A stretch of 64,000 nucleotides of DNA from an uncultured Nitrososphaerota archaeon (GCA_963799845.1 CAWCYI010000007.1:128001-192000), one strand, 5' to 3'; numbered from the stretch's first letter, positions 1-10,099 are shown. Numbers and translations: made by a program. The notes: generated from the sequence alone by a model not told the origin.

Positions 1-60
1 GGGGGTGACACATTCGAGCTTGAGGAACGGTCGGTAGTAGTGATGAGAGGAACTGCTTAA
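1..60 (+). CDS. 3' end of a probable glycogen debranching enzyme (GlgX/TreX-like), partial
   Basis: Frame 1 reads GGDTFELEERSVVVMRGTA-stop, resembling the C-terminal ..L..RSvvvl strand of GH13 isoamylases; convergent with glgE. Only 19 codons are visible. Confidence 0.4.
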   Translation, partial: GGDTFELEERSVVVMRGTA

Positions 61-118
61 TCCGAAAACCGTGAACTTTACAGGATTAGAGTTATTCTCA
101 AAGAATGATTTGGTCTTG

Positions 119-2143
119 TCATTCTAATTTGAGTATATGCGCGGGTTCTATATTCGGGTCGAGTCGAACATAGTTGGTTTCACCTTTCCATATGAAAGAT
201 TTTCCAGAGATCAAGTCCGTTACCTCGTAGCTATCGTTTAGGCCGAGCTCTTTCAAAGGAACTTTGACAAATCCTTCGTGAGCAGAGAAGGGATCAAGGT
301 TTACGGCGACCATGATCACACTTGACAGGTCCCTTGACCACTTGCCGTAGAATATTATTTGATCGCTCGTACATTCAAGCAGCCTCAGATTCGAATTCTC
401 TTGTAAGGCGCGATTCTCCTTCCTGATTTTGTTTATCTTTGAAATGTAATCCTTGATGTTACCTTGTCGGTTCCAATCCCATACCTTATACTGATATTTT
501 TCGGAATCGAGATACTCTTCCGAACCCTTGCTCCTCGCTTTGCCTTCACACAGTTCAAAACCATTATAGATTCCGTATGAAGATGATAGAGTAGCGGCTA
601 GCGTCTCCCTGATCTTGAAGGCCGGCCTGCCGCCGGTCTGGAGGTACTCAGGCAGTATGTCTGGAGTATTTGTGAATAAATTAGGGCGATAGTATTCGAG
701 TGTGTCGGACAGGAAGAATTCCTGAATAAACTCCGTCAATTCGCTCTTCGAATTTTTCCAGGTAAAGTACGTATACGACTGATCAAAGCCAGCCTTCGCC
801 AAGAGTTTCATTGGTTTAGGTCTGGTGAACGCTTCCGAGAGAAAAACTATATCTGGAAACCGCGTCCTTATGGTTGATATCATCCATTCCCAGAAAGCGA
901 CAGGTTTCGTGTGCGGATTGTCTACTCTGAATATTCTGATTCCCTTTTCAATCCAGAAGATGACTACCCTGAGCAATTCTTCCCAAAGTTTTTTCCAGTT
1001 TTCATTTTCGAAGTTCAAAGGATAAATATCGTAGTATTTTTTCGGCGGGTTCTCTGCATATCGGATCGTCCCGTCACCTCTTCGATAAAACCACTCGGGA
1101 TGCATTCTTGCATAGGGGTGATCGGGTGAGACCTGAAACGCAATATCTAATGCAATTTCGATCCCCATCTCTTTTGCTTCCGATACGAAGTGTAGAAAAT
1201 CATCCATTGTCCCGAGATCGGGATTTATTGAATCGTGTCCACCTAGCTCGCTCCCTATCGCCCAGGGACTTCCGGGGTCTAACTCAGAGTTGCTTTGAGT
1301 GTTATTCGGTCCCCTGCGATTGGTGTGGCCAATGGGATGAACGGGCGGAAGATAAACGACATCGAATCCCATCTCACTGATTTCTTCAAGCCTAGATTCT
1401 CCCTCTTTGAATGTGGCACTCCTGCCTTCCGCGGTTCCTTGGGAGCGATGAAACATTTCGTACCATGTCGAGTATCTAGCGATGCTCCTATCGACTATTA
1501 CTTGGAATGTTTCGCTTGCGCTGTAACCTTCCTTTTCGAGATTTCTTACAACAAGCGCCGAGAATTTCGGTTCAGAAATTAGTTTCAATAGCTCCGTCCT
1601 GTCAGATTCCGAGAATGGAGCTTCTCCAAAGGTTGCAATCTCGTTAAGCCGCTCCTTGATTATGGATTTCTCTCCTGGAGAAGCGAAAATCGAAGCCTTG
1701 ACTCCTAGGTCGATTAGCTCTGCGATATCCAAACTGACATCTTCACCAGATTCGATCCACTTTTGGATTTCTCGAATTTTTGTCGAATACGGGTCCTCCC
1801 ACGCCTCTATGAAAAACTCGCAGACGCCCAAGAGGGATAGAGTAAGTGTTGCGGACCACTTGTCTTCGTCGAAGCTATACATCATCGCCTCTCTATTCCA
1901 GTACTGGTTACCCTGCATCCTCCAATTCAGGAAAGCTGCCAGAAGTTCGTGCCCTGGTCTCAGTATGTTCGCGCTTACTTCGAGAATATCTCCAACTACA
2001 CGTTTTACAGGGAATCGACCGCAGTCAACTTGAGGTGATACGCTAAGTATGATGGTTGAAGATGGCAGTCTTTGTTTTAGATCAATCAGGCCGGGACTCT
2101 CGTTGAATGCTTTAAATTCGTCTCCGTTACTCTCCTTCTCCAA
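119..2143 (-). CDS. glgE: alpha-1,4-glucan:maltose-1-phosphate maltosyltransferase GlgE (GH13_3)
   Basis: N-terminal PQVDCGRFPVKRVVGD and motifs WYEMFHRS, YLPPVHPIG, GSPWAIG, ENPPKKYYDIYP, IFRVDNPHTKP, FLSEAFTRP, NTPDILP, YLDSEKYQ; TTG start. Confidence 0.95.
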   Translation of the reverse strand: MEKESNGDEFKAFNESPGLIDLKQRLPSSTIILSVSPQVDCGRFPVKRVVGDILEVSANILRPGHELLAAFLNWRMQGNQYWNREAMMYSFDEDKWSATLTLSLLGVCEFFIEAWEDPYSTKIREIQKWIESGEDVSLDIAELIDLGVKASIFASPGEKSIIKERLNEIATFGEAPFSESDRTELLKLISEPKFSALVVRNLEKEGYSASETFQVIVDRSIARYSTWYEMFHRSQGTAEGRSATFKEGESRLEEISEMGFDVVYLPPVHPIGHTNRRGPNNTQSNSELDPGSPWAIGSELGGHDSINPDLGTMDDFLHFVSEAKEMGIEIALDIAFQVSPDHPYARMHPEWFYRRGDGTIRYAENPPKKYYDIYPLNFENENWKKLWEELLRVVIFWIEKGIRIFRVDNPHTKPVAFWEWMISTIRTRFPDIVFLSEAFTRPKPMKLLAKAGFDQSYTYFTWKNSKSELTEFIQEFFLSDTLEYYRPNLFTNTPDILPEYLQTGGRPAFKIRETLAATLSSSYGIYNGFELCEGKARSKGSEEYLDSEKYQYKVWDWNRQGNIKDYISKINKIRKENRALQENSNLRLLECTSDQIIFYGKWSRDLSSVIMVAVNLDPFSAHEGFVKVPLKELGLNDSYEVTDLISGKSFIWKGETNYVRLDPNIEPAHILKLE

Positions 2144-2158
2144 CGTAGATCGCCCCTC

Positions 2159-4405
2159 TCAGCTTGCAGATTTAGAGTCGTTCACTTCGGCTTGGTCGAA
2201 TTCTAGCACGACCAGCGCCAGTGGGGGAAGGGTCAGATTCAGCGAATGAGGCAATCCGTGCCACGGGATGACTTCTGATTTCACTCCACCCAGGTTTCCG
2301 ACGCCGCTTCCACCGTACTCTTTTGCGTCGCTGTTCAGAATCTCTTTGTAAAATCCGTCACTCGGAACACCGATTCGATAACTGTATCTAACAATCGGAG
2401 TCATATTGCAAACTACTATAGCGAACTTTTTCGTATCTGTGCTCGATTTTCTGATGAAGCTGATAATGCTCTGTTCTGCGTCCTTGAAGTCGATCCATTC
2501 AAACCCTTCGTATGAAAAATCGAGATCGTGAAATTCGGAAGCGGTCGAATAAATGTGATTTAAATCTTTTACAAAATTGATTGTTTTTCTATTTAGAGCG
2601 TGATCAGCCTCAGCCCACTCGAGCTCGGTTCTAAAGTTCCACTCATTTCTCTGTCCGAATTCTGATCCCATGAAAAGCAGTTTCTTGCCGGGATGCACGA
2701 ACATGTACCCAAGGCACAATCGGAGGTTTGCAAATTTCTGCCACTCGTCTCCTGGCATTTTGTTCAGTAGAGACTTTTTGCCATAAACTACTTCGTCATG
2801 CGACAAGACGAGCACGAATTTTTCGCTGAAAGCATAGAGCAAGCTAAAAGTAAGGTTCCTTTGATGATGCTTTCGAAAGATCGGATCAGTCTGAAAATAA
2901 TCGAGTGTATCGTGCATCCAGCCCATGTTCCACTTCATATCGAATCCTAGGCCACCCTTTTTCTCGGGGTGAGTGACACCTGGCCAAGCCGTCGATTCCT
3001 CTGCAATCATCATAGCTTTTGGAAATAACTCATGAACTATCTCGTTAGTCCCTCTAAGGAACTCCAATGCTTCCAGGTTTTCCCGCCCACCATACTTGTT
3101 CGGAATCCAGTCTCCCTGTTTTCTAGAATAATCCAGATAGAGCATCGATGCGACAGCGTCGAGACGAAGACCGTCGACGTGGTATTTGTCAAACCAAAAT
3201 AACGCATTGCAGAGGAGAAACATTCTTACCTCTTTTCTGGAGTAGTTGAAAATCAAAGTGCCCCAGTCGAGCTGCTCACCCTTTCTTGGATCTGCATGGT
3301 CGTACAGGTGGGTCCCGTCGAACATCGCTAGGCCGTAGTCGTCTTTAGGAAAATGTGCCGGTACCCAGTCGAGGATTACACCAATCCCTGCTCTATGACA
3401 TCTGTCAACAAAATACATGAAATCTTCTGGGGAACCATATCGCGACGTAGGAGCGTAATAATTAACGACCTGATATCCCCACGAATCGTCCAGCGGGTGC
3501 TCCATGATAGGCATCAGCTCGACGTGTGTGAATCCGAATTCATTTAGGTACGGAACAAGAGAGTCAGCGATTTCCCTGTAATTGAGAAAGGAACCGTCGC
3601 TTGCTTTCTTCCAAGACCCCAGATGAACTTCATAAATTGAGATGGGTGCGCTCGAGGTTTCGAAGCGGTCCATTTTCTGTTGGATCCACTTTTCGTCCGT
3701 CCAGTGATAATTGTCAATGTCGCAAACAATTGATGCAGTTCTTGGCCTTAGTTCCGCTTGGAAAGCATATGGATCAGCCTTTAGATGGATGCTACCATCT
3801 ACATTCGACTTTATTGAGTACTTGTATACCTCACCCTCTTTCACTCTCGGAACAAAGACCTCCCAGACTCCAGATAGACCTCTTGAACTCATAGGAGTTT
3901 CCCCGGCAAACCAGTGATTGAAACCAGCGACGACGGAAACGGATCTAGCGTTGGGTGCCCATACCGAAAAGTGTGTTCCGGATACCGAACCTACAGCGGT
4001 AACGTGAGAGCCGAGTCTTTCATAGATTTTCCGGTGCGTCCCTTCTCCGAATAGATAAAGATCGAGCTCTCCCAAGAGAGGGCCGAAGACATACGGATCT
4101 TCTCTTTCGTCGATGAAGCCGCTCCTGTCTTGGTAAGAAATTGTGTATCTTGGAATTTTTTCTGTTTCGAGTTGAGCTTCCCAAAATCCGCACGGATCAA
4201 TTTGAAAAAAGTCTTTTCTAACACCTTGGTCAAGGTTAAGCCACGCGTTGACAGCCCTTGGTAAGTAAGCCCTAAAGGAAACGATGCCTCTTTGGGAAAT
4301 AATATGAGCACCCAATATTGCAGAGGGATTGACCTCGTCACAGTTGACGATTTTTTCGATTTCTCCACTGCTGACTGTAGTTCGGATATCCTTCAAATAA
4401 ATCAC
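2159..4405 (-). CDS. glgB: 1,4-alpha-glucan branching enzyme GlgB (GH13)
   Basis: FSVWAPNA, IYEVHLGSW, SWGYQ, DWVPAHFP, GLRLDAVASMLY, AEEST, KWNMGWMHDTL, LSHDEVV, HPGKKLLFMG. Confidence 0.96.
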   Translation of the reverse strand: MIYLKDIRTTVSSGEIEKIVNCDEVNPSAILGAHIISQRGIVSFRAYLPRAVNAWLNLDQGVRKDFFQIDPCGFWEAQLETEKIPRYTISYQDRSGFIDEREDPYVFGPLLGELDLYLFGEGTHRKIYERLGSHVTAVGSVSGTHFSVWAPNARSVSVVAGFNHWFAGETPMSSRGLSGVWEVFVPRVKEGEVYKYSIKSNVDGSIHLKADPYAFQAELRPRTASIVCDIDNYHWTDEKWIQQKMDRFETSSAPISIYEVHLGSWKKASDGSFLNYREIADSLVPYLNEFGFTHVELMPIMEHPLDDSWGYQVVNYYAPTSRYGSPEDFMYFVDRCHRAGIGVILDWVPAHFPKDDYGLAMFDGTHLYDHADPRKGEQLDWGTLIFNYSRKEVRMFLLCNALFWFDKYHVDGLRLDAVASMLYLDYSRKQGDWIPNKYGGRENLEALEFLRGTNEIVHELFPKAMMIAEESTAWPGVTHPEKKGGLGFDMKWNMGWMHDTLDYFQTDPIFRKHHQRNLTFSLLYAFSEKFVLVLSHDEVVYGKKSLLNKMPGDEWQKFANLRLCLGYMFVHPGKKLLFMGSEFGQRNEWNFRTELEWAEADHALNRKTINFVKDLNHIYSTASEFHDLDFSYEGFEWIDFKDAEQSIISFIRKSSTDTKKFAIVVCNMTPIVRYSYRIGVPSDGFYKEILNSDAKEYGGSGVGNLGGVKSEVIPWHGLPHSLNLTLPPLALVVLEFDQAEVNDSKSAS

Positions 4406-4422
4406 TCCGCAAACAATCGATT

Positions 4423-6492
4423 CTAACTAGACCGCATCTGAAGCTCTATAGAAGTCTTGAACGGGTCATTGTTAGTACTTAGTTCAACATGATAACCGGG
4501 CAAAACCGAAATTCCCTGTAGATTGCTCTCGAATCCATTCTCTGAAAGAGAAACAGTCTTGACTGGTATAATCCAGCATGAATTCGCCCCCTGAAAGTTG
4601 ATGCTTGCTCGTAATTTGGGAACTTCATACGAAATTTCTACTTCGTCCGAGTTGGTTGTTATTGATTTTCCGTACCTTCTGGCAAATCCTTCGTCCGAAA
4701 GAGATCCAAGATTAATTTCTGGCACGAATAATCCGGATAAGCTTCCCCCGGAGGAGCGCAGCATCTCAATCTGATAATCGACCCTGAGCGCTGCGTAATT
4801 AGCTGGAACATGAATTATCTTTCTCAAGTTGATACTAAACCCTTCAGGATTTAGGCAGCGGCAGGACATGCTTACTGTGACTTCAAGATTAGACTTCTGA
4901 ATCTCTGCTTCATACTTGATGTCCGGGAAATTCGCAAGTTCGTGAAAATCCTGTTTTTCAAAGGAACGAATACCATCATTTTGTTCGAGGAGGAAGTCCA
5001 CAAATGCATATTTTGGGTGTCTGTCGTAAATCAGAAGTTTTTCGAGCCCTTTGTGTGTCAACTTCGGCGAGTCGTGAATTGATGTCGTCTTTTTTCGATT
5101 GGGAACTATTGTTCTGTCAATTGACTTCCTGATTTCATTATGATACCTCTCTGGCCTTCGTGCAAGTGTGTCCAAAAGGTTCGCGAAGCACGGCTTAAAA
5201 TCAAGCTCCGAAATAGATCCTCCCAAGCTTGGAAATATCGTCAACCCTAGGTTTTCGGTTTCTATGTAGATCTCTCTGTTGCCACCATTTGTGCTTTCGT
5301 CAGAGTGGATCCAGTTTTTCCCCCGTTCGAAACGAAGTTTCTCAAATCCCACATTTGCTCTTATCAGATGCTCGTACGTGATTCTACGAAGAATAGGGGC
5401 ATATAATCCTCCGAAGATTCCGTGCCAATACGCATCGTTACATTGCCCCTTCCACAAATCTAGCAAGGCTTCTTTATTGTTCGAGCCATCGAGCGAGTGA
5501 ATGTTTTGGCTGACCCTGAGCATTTTGGAGTAAATGTTGGCGCTCTCAGGATACTTCGCGAGAAAAAGACGCCAGAACCCTCGCAGAGGAACATCGTCCT
5601 TCCTGTTTGTTTTTCTCTGCGTATTTTGCAATTGGGCATACAGCGGTATCGCCCACTCCATCATCTCCGAGTAAGTAGAAGCGGGAAGATAAATTCTCTT
5701 GGTGGCAGGATTCGATTTGAGATATTCCGATAGTTTGACAGTTTCAATCCAGTCTTGTTTAGTGACAGTCTTAAGAAACGATTCGAGCCAACCTTCTTTG
5801 TAAACTCTGTCGAAGGTAGTCGGCCAAGCGCCAAACTTTTCACCATCGTCTCCGTACACTGCGATCTTGAAGTTCCGTTTCGCAGCTTCCCGGAGAAGCT
5901 CTATCGAAGTTGCAATCGGTTTGAACGGTATGTAATATCGTAGCTTTTTCAAAATTGGAAAAACAGTAACGAAATTCCCACGACTCTCTAACAAATAGGG
6001 CTCGTAACATCCGGATTCATCTAGACCAGAACTCTCGAAACTTACGTCGTCAACAACAGTGTGAACAGCCTTTACGGAAGCCAATATCTCTGGGAGATTG
6101 GGCTCCCACGCTCGTTCAGCCGTCCAGAATCCGAATGGATTTACCCCGAACAGGGATCTTATCTTGTCCGAAAGAAGATTAGTCTGTCCTTGGGCATCTG
6201 AATCAGGGATTACCGAAATGACTGGCTCGTAGTATGCTCCGCCGATAAACTCGATTTGACCTCTATCGACCAGCTCCCGCAATAGGAATATGAAATCCGG
6301 ATGATGATTTTCGAGCCATTCTAGCAGAGAGCCGGTATAGTGGAGATTTGCTTTGATTTTGGGAAATTCTGCTAGTTTTTTGATAAAAGGGAAGTACGAG
6401 GTTCGATAGATCCTTTCGATGATATCGTCAGGGTTTCCCACGGGCTGATGGTTGTGAATTACTAAAGCTAGTCTTATTTTCTGGTTTGCCAA
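4423..6492 (-). CDS. GH57 alpha-amylase / 4-alpha-glucanotransferase
   Basis: HNHQPVGN, GFWTAERAWEP (nucleophile Glu), GDDGEKFG (acid/base Asp), QCNDAYWHGIFGGLY; TTG start. Confidence 0.92.
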   Translation of the reverse strand: MANQKIRLALVIHNHQPVGNPDDIIERIYRTSYFPFIKKLAEFPKIKANLHYTGSLLEWLENHHPDFIFLLRELVDRGQIEFIGGAYYEPVISVIPDSDAQGQTNLLSDKIRSLFGVNPFGFWTAERAWEPNLPEILASVKAVHTVVDDVSFESSGLDESGCYEPYLLESRGNFVTVFPILKKLRYYIPFKPIATSIELLREAAKRNFKIAVYGDDGEKFGAWPTTFDRVYKEGWLESFLKTVTKQDWIETVKLSEYLKSNPATKRIYLPASTYSEMMEWAIPLYAQLQNTQRKTNRKDDVPLRGFWRLFLAKYPESANIYSKMLRVSQNIHSLDGSNNKEALLDLWKGQCNDAYWHGIFGGLYAPILRRITYEHLIRANVGFEKLRFERGKNWIHSDESTNGGNREIYIETENLGLTIFPSLGGSISELDFKPCFANLLDTLARRPERYHNEIRKSIDRTIVPNRKKTTSIHDSPKLTHKGLEKLLIYDRHPKYAFVDFLLEQNDGIRSFEKQDFHELANFPDIKYEAEIQKSNLEVTVSMSCRCLNPEGFSINLRKIIHVPANYAALRVDYQIEMLRSSGGSLSGLFVPEINLGSLSDEGFARRYGKSITTNSDEVEISYEVPKLRASINFQGANSCWIIPVKTVSLSENGFESNLQGISVLPGYHVELSTNNDPFKTSIELQMRSS

Positions 6493-6561
6493 TACTGACT
6501 AATTCCCCCTCTGCTTAGAATAAACTGTCACGCTTAGCGGTTGAAATTCCAAACCACGACT

Positions 6562-7089
6562 TCAATACTTTTCGAGAATAGACTTTAGCTCCTTCGAGAG
6601 AAACCAAGATGGATTGAACTCCTTCAGTCTTTTCTTATCGCCTCCGGCTCTCATGTAATCCTTCATAGTCAGCCCCATCTCCAATTTGTCTATCTGCCAT
6701 ACTAGTTTCGATTCATTAGTTCTCGTTCCCATTAGTTCAGTCCAGTCCTGAAGGAGCTGCTTCCTAAATTTAGGCGGAAGCGAGTCAAATATTGATCTCG
6801 CAACATTGTCTTCCTGTTTCCTGTGTTCCTCTTCCGACTCTTTTTCTTCGGGCATCAGATCCCCGATTTCGCTTTCCGCAATGTCGTGAATCAGGCACAT
6901 CCGCATGATTTTGCCGGGCTCTAGTTTCATCATGTCTGCAAGGAACGCCCCGATGATCGCCATTCTGAAACTGTGGTCAGCGACGGATTCGGCGTCGACA
7001 ATTCCAGCTTTTGCCCATCCCTCTCTCCTCAGGGTCTTCAGTTTTCCAGCCGCCGCAAAAAGCGCAGCGGGGTCGTCGCTTAGGCTCAC
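6562..7089 (-). CDS. HD-domain hydrolase (YfbR/HDDC2-like 5'-deoxynucleotidase)
   Basis: LKTLRREGW, ESVADHSFRMA, HDIAES, DKLE. The GTG at 7089 is a more plausible start than 7389 because the upstream extension has no family features. Confidence 0.82.
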   Translation of the reverse strand: MSLSDDPAALFAAAGKLKTLRREGWAKAGIVDAESVADHSFRMAIIGAFLADMMKLEPGKIMRMCLIHDIAESEIGDLMPEEKESEEEHRKQEDNVARSIFDSLPPKFRKQLLQDWTELMGTRTNESKLVWQIDKLEMGLTMKDYMRAGGDKKRLKEFNPSWFLSKELKSILEKY

Positions 7090-7587
7090 TGGGTGATTAC
7101 CTTCCAAGTATAAATTCCTAAAATTCGCACAAAAAGAAGCATAAGGATTGTCTCTTTCATTAACAATCTTGATGACATGAAAAATGTTTCCGACTTCGAT
7201 ATCTTCTATTCTTGAGAAGATTGAAGCTAGAAGCCGAGAGATTGGACATGTGGCATTCAGAAATTCTAAAACCGCACCCTCTCCGCTGCGAAGCTTCAAC
7301 TGACTAGCGAGTCCATGTTTTCTCGAAGTATACACATAGATCTCATCTTGTATTCTACAATTGAACGACGCTGAAAAAGTGATTTCCACACAATTTTTAG
7401 AAAAAGTCCAATTAATGTTTCAAGATCCCTTGCTCTAAATGTTCAGTCTACCATTGTTGTTCGGTCTGCCGCATAGTCGTTCTGGGAAAAGAATCTTCGC
7501 AATCTGAGAGCCGAAGGAATAGTCCGCATTTGTAATTGGCTCAAACGATCAAAAAAAAGAAGAAAAGAGGTGAGTGAGGTTTTCAGA

Positions 7588-9591
7588 TCACCATTGCCAT
7601 TCTCTGGTTGACTTCTGACCCCCAAGTCTGCTCATTTTTCCTAGCAATGAGATCGGTATCACCCCGATAATGAATGTCTCGAATGCGGCAAAGCCTCCAA
7701 GTACCATTGCGGTGGGTTTTGGTTGCTTCAAGCTGATTGGGGCGGATGCCGATGTTGGTGAGGAAGCTGCTACTGGAGGCGCGGTCTGATGCTTGGACGT
7801 GGTTAGAGCAATAGAACTGCCGATCCCATTCGAAGTACTGGCACTATTTGCTATCAAAGAGGAGGTTTCTGAATTTGATATGCCTGATTGAGAAGATTCT
7901 ATCGTTGTTGATTTAGGGGTAACAGTTCGAGTAATTGTGACTGTCAGATTACCACTTTCTACGCTTGTAATGGTTTGAGCGGAAACACTGGGAGAAGCTG
8001 TTGATGTGATAAACGAGGGGTTTGTGACCGTCGTAGAAATCGTCGTGGTCACGGTCGTGATCGCCCCTGAACGTTCATTAGAATTGGTATCACTGGACGT
8101 GGAGGAAGAGCCACTGTTCGTTATTGTGGAATCAGTAGAAGTTGTGCTGCTAATTGAAGTCGAAGTTGTCTGAGAGCTGTGGGAGGTCGTAGTTGACGAG
8201 GTAGTGGAACGCGAGGTTGTACTTGATGTCGTGGATTGCGAAGTTGAGGTAGTCGAGGATGTCGTATGAGTAGTCGAGGATGTCGTATGAGTAGTCGAGG
8301 ATGTCGTATGAGAAGTAGTTGAGGTCGTGCTGGAAGCAGAGGTGGTAGTGGTCGGAAGGGTAAACCAACTCGGTAAATTGGGATTAAATGCGGTCAAAAC
8401 CTGCATGTTTGGTTCAGGCGTTCTCCCATCATTCGGAGTCCCCCAGTTTTGGTACATTCCACCATTGGAAGGGTCTACCCCGTCTGCCCAGAGATTGCTT
8501 ATTGTGTCTTGCAACATTGTTTTCGCCGACATCCCGTCGTAGGTCATGTTGCTCATGGTCCAAGCCTGAGTTGCCCTTGCCGCTTCTATGAAGTGGGCTG
8601 ATCCCCTTGTATCTGACCAGGGATAGCGCGCCATGTCTGTTAGGAAAGCATTCTGCCATAAACTACAGGGGGCAGTTCCAGCGACACATTGCATATCGTA
8701 CTCCATGATCAAAAACCCTTGCGTGTCGTCTCCTCCATCGGTCACGACCGGACTACTGGAGGGAAATTCAGTGTTTATGCAAGGTTGGCTTCCCTGACAC
8801 GCATCGCTGGTCGCGCCACCCGTGAAACCTCCATATCCACTCAAGAACCATGTCTGGCCTTCCGTGCCGCAGTTATTGCCTATTCCACCGATGTGGATTC
8901 CGGGCTGAATGAGAATTGAAGCATACGGATCAATGAAACCGTATTCAGGCTCTCTCCTGTCTAGGAGATAGCCGCTGGAGGTACCATGAAAGCTACCGGG
9001 ATAAGTATAAGGTGTGAAGGGAGCCGAACAAGCGCCTACTCCAAACCAAGTCTGTGAAAGATATTTTCTAACCTGACCGTTGATATCGGTATCGACAGTT
9101 CCCGACCCGTAGTTCTTTGTGTTGAAGTTAATGAAAGTCTGCAATGAAGCGAGCGGACTTGATGCACTATTCCAGTAATCGAGTGATAGTCCTCCCTCAA
9201 GATTGTTGTCACTAATGACGATTATGTTATTGTAGCCACCCGGCACTCCGATAGCAGGCGACGGTTCTATCCCACCACCCTCGACCAGTCCATATTGTGC
9301 ATTGTAACCAAAGCTCCCCGTCTGAAAGGGGGTCATCATAACTTCTCTTACGCCTTCAATTTGGGAAAGATATGGCTGCACCCATAGTTGGTAGTCTTCG
9401 CTGGATGGTGGAGTCGCGCTGTAACTCGTATTGAGCATTGCAAAGAATGGAATGACGACGGAGATGAAAATTAGTATCGCGATGGATATTGTCTTTGAAA
9501 CGGCCCGCTTATTGCGAGTTCGAATCCTCTGAAGGTTGTCACCGTTGCCCTCTTCATCAATTTTATCTAGTTGCTTCCTGTAAGTACCCAT
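7588..9591 (-). CDS. Large secreted/cell-surface protein: N-terminal hydrophobic signal, ~360-aa globular domain, Ser/Thr-rich stalk, C-terminal hydrophobic anchor
   Basis: KRA|VSKTISIAILIFISVVIPFF N-terminus; long T/S-rich tract; C-terminal AMVLGGFAAFETFIIGVIPISLLG followed by a basic tail. Confidence 0.8.
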   Translation of the reverse strand: MGTYRKQLDKIDEEGNGDNLQRIRTRNKRAVSKTISIAILIFISVVIPFFAMLNTSYSATPPSSEDYQLWVQPYLSQIEGVREVMMTPFQTGSFGYNAQYGLVEGGGIEPSPAIGVPGGYNNIIVISDNNLEGGLSLDYWNSASSPLASLQTFINFNTKNYGSGTVDTDINGQVRKYLSQTWFGVGACSAPFTPYTYPGSFHGTSSGYLLDRREPEYGFIDPYASILIQPGIHIGGIGNNCGTEGQTWFLSGYGGFTGGATSDACQGSQPCINTEFPSSSPVVTDGGDDTQGFLIMEYDMQCVAGTAPCSLWQNAFLTDMARYPWSDTRGSAHFIEAARATQAWTMSNMTYDGMSAKTMLQDTISNLWADGVDPSNGGMYQNWGTPNDGRTPEPNMQVLTAFNPNLPSWFTLPTTTTSASSTTSTTSHTTSSTTHTTSSTTHTTSSTTSTSQSTTSSTTSRSTTSSTTTSHSSQTTSTSISSTTSTDSTITNSGSSSTSSDTNSNERSGAITTVTTTISTTVTNPSFITSTASPSVSAQTITSVESGNLTVTITRTVTPKSTTIESSQSGISNSETSSLIANSASTSNGIGSSIALTTSKHQTAPPVAASSPTSASAPISLKQPKPTAMVLGGFAAFETFIIGVIPISLLGKMSRLGGQKSTREWQW
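8249..8311. repeat. Perfect tandem repeat, 3 x 21 bp (GTAGTCGAGGATGTCGTATGA), encoding HTTSSTT repeats on the minus strand
   Basis: Copies at 8249-8269, 8270-8290 and 8291-8311 read directly. Confidence 0.95.
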
Positions 9592-9664
9592 GGAAATTAT
9601 GCTTCCTGTGTTTCTTGAGAAGTAGTACTCGTCGCATTAGGAAGTTGCCCCGTACATGTACGGC

Positions 9665-9730
9665 TGATCATAAATTCATGTTGCCAGTACAAGGCACGAA
9701 TGCTTGATCACAAATTCATGTTGTTAGTAC
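9665..9730. repeat. Imperfect 26-bp direct repeat (40-bp period) upstream of the surface-protein gene
   Basis: TGATCATAAATTCATGTTGCCAGTAC (9665-9690) vs TGATCACAAATTCATGTTGTTAGTAC (9705-9730); 23/26 identical. Confidence 0.85.
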
Positions 9731-10099
9731 GTTATAGGATACCACAAAAAAATTCAGAAGTGGTCGAATCATTTCGAAATGCTTTATCACGACCTTCAAA
9801 ACTGATGATCAGGGAATTATAACCGCGATGCGTATCGGAGCACTAACCTCTAGGTTCAGTTTAAGCCTATCTTAGTGATTCACGAAAATACAAATTTCAT
9901 TTCACAGATTATTGAACAAGAAGCTTCTAGTGCTGTCAATAAGTGGAAAACCGAGTGGTGCTTCTTCTGCGTTTCTGGCCCATACATGTTGAGGATAAGT
10001 TGACCGTCAACGCGGCGAAGTGTGAGTCCTATAGAACCCCTGTAGGATCAGGATTGTTGCAAATGATGCTGCAGAAAAAACTTTGACTTACAAATATTA

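Noticed and set aside
9665-9730. Mini-CRISPR array
   Set aside because: Only two copies with a 14-bp spacer and no cas genes. The 21-bp repeat at 8249-8311 has no spacers and is coding.
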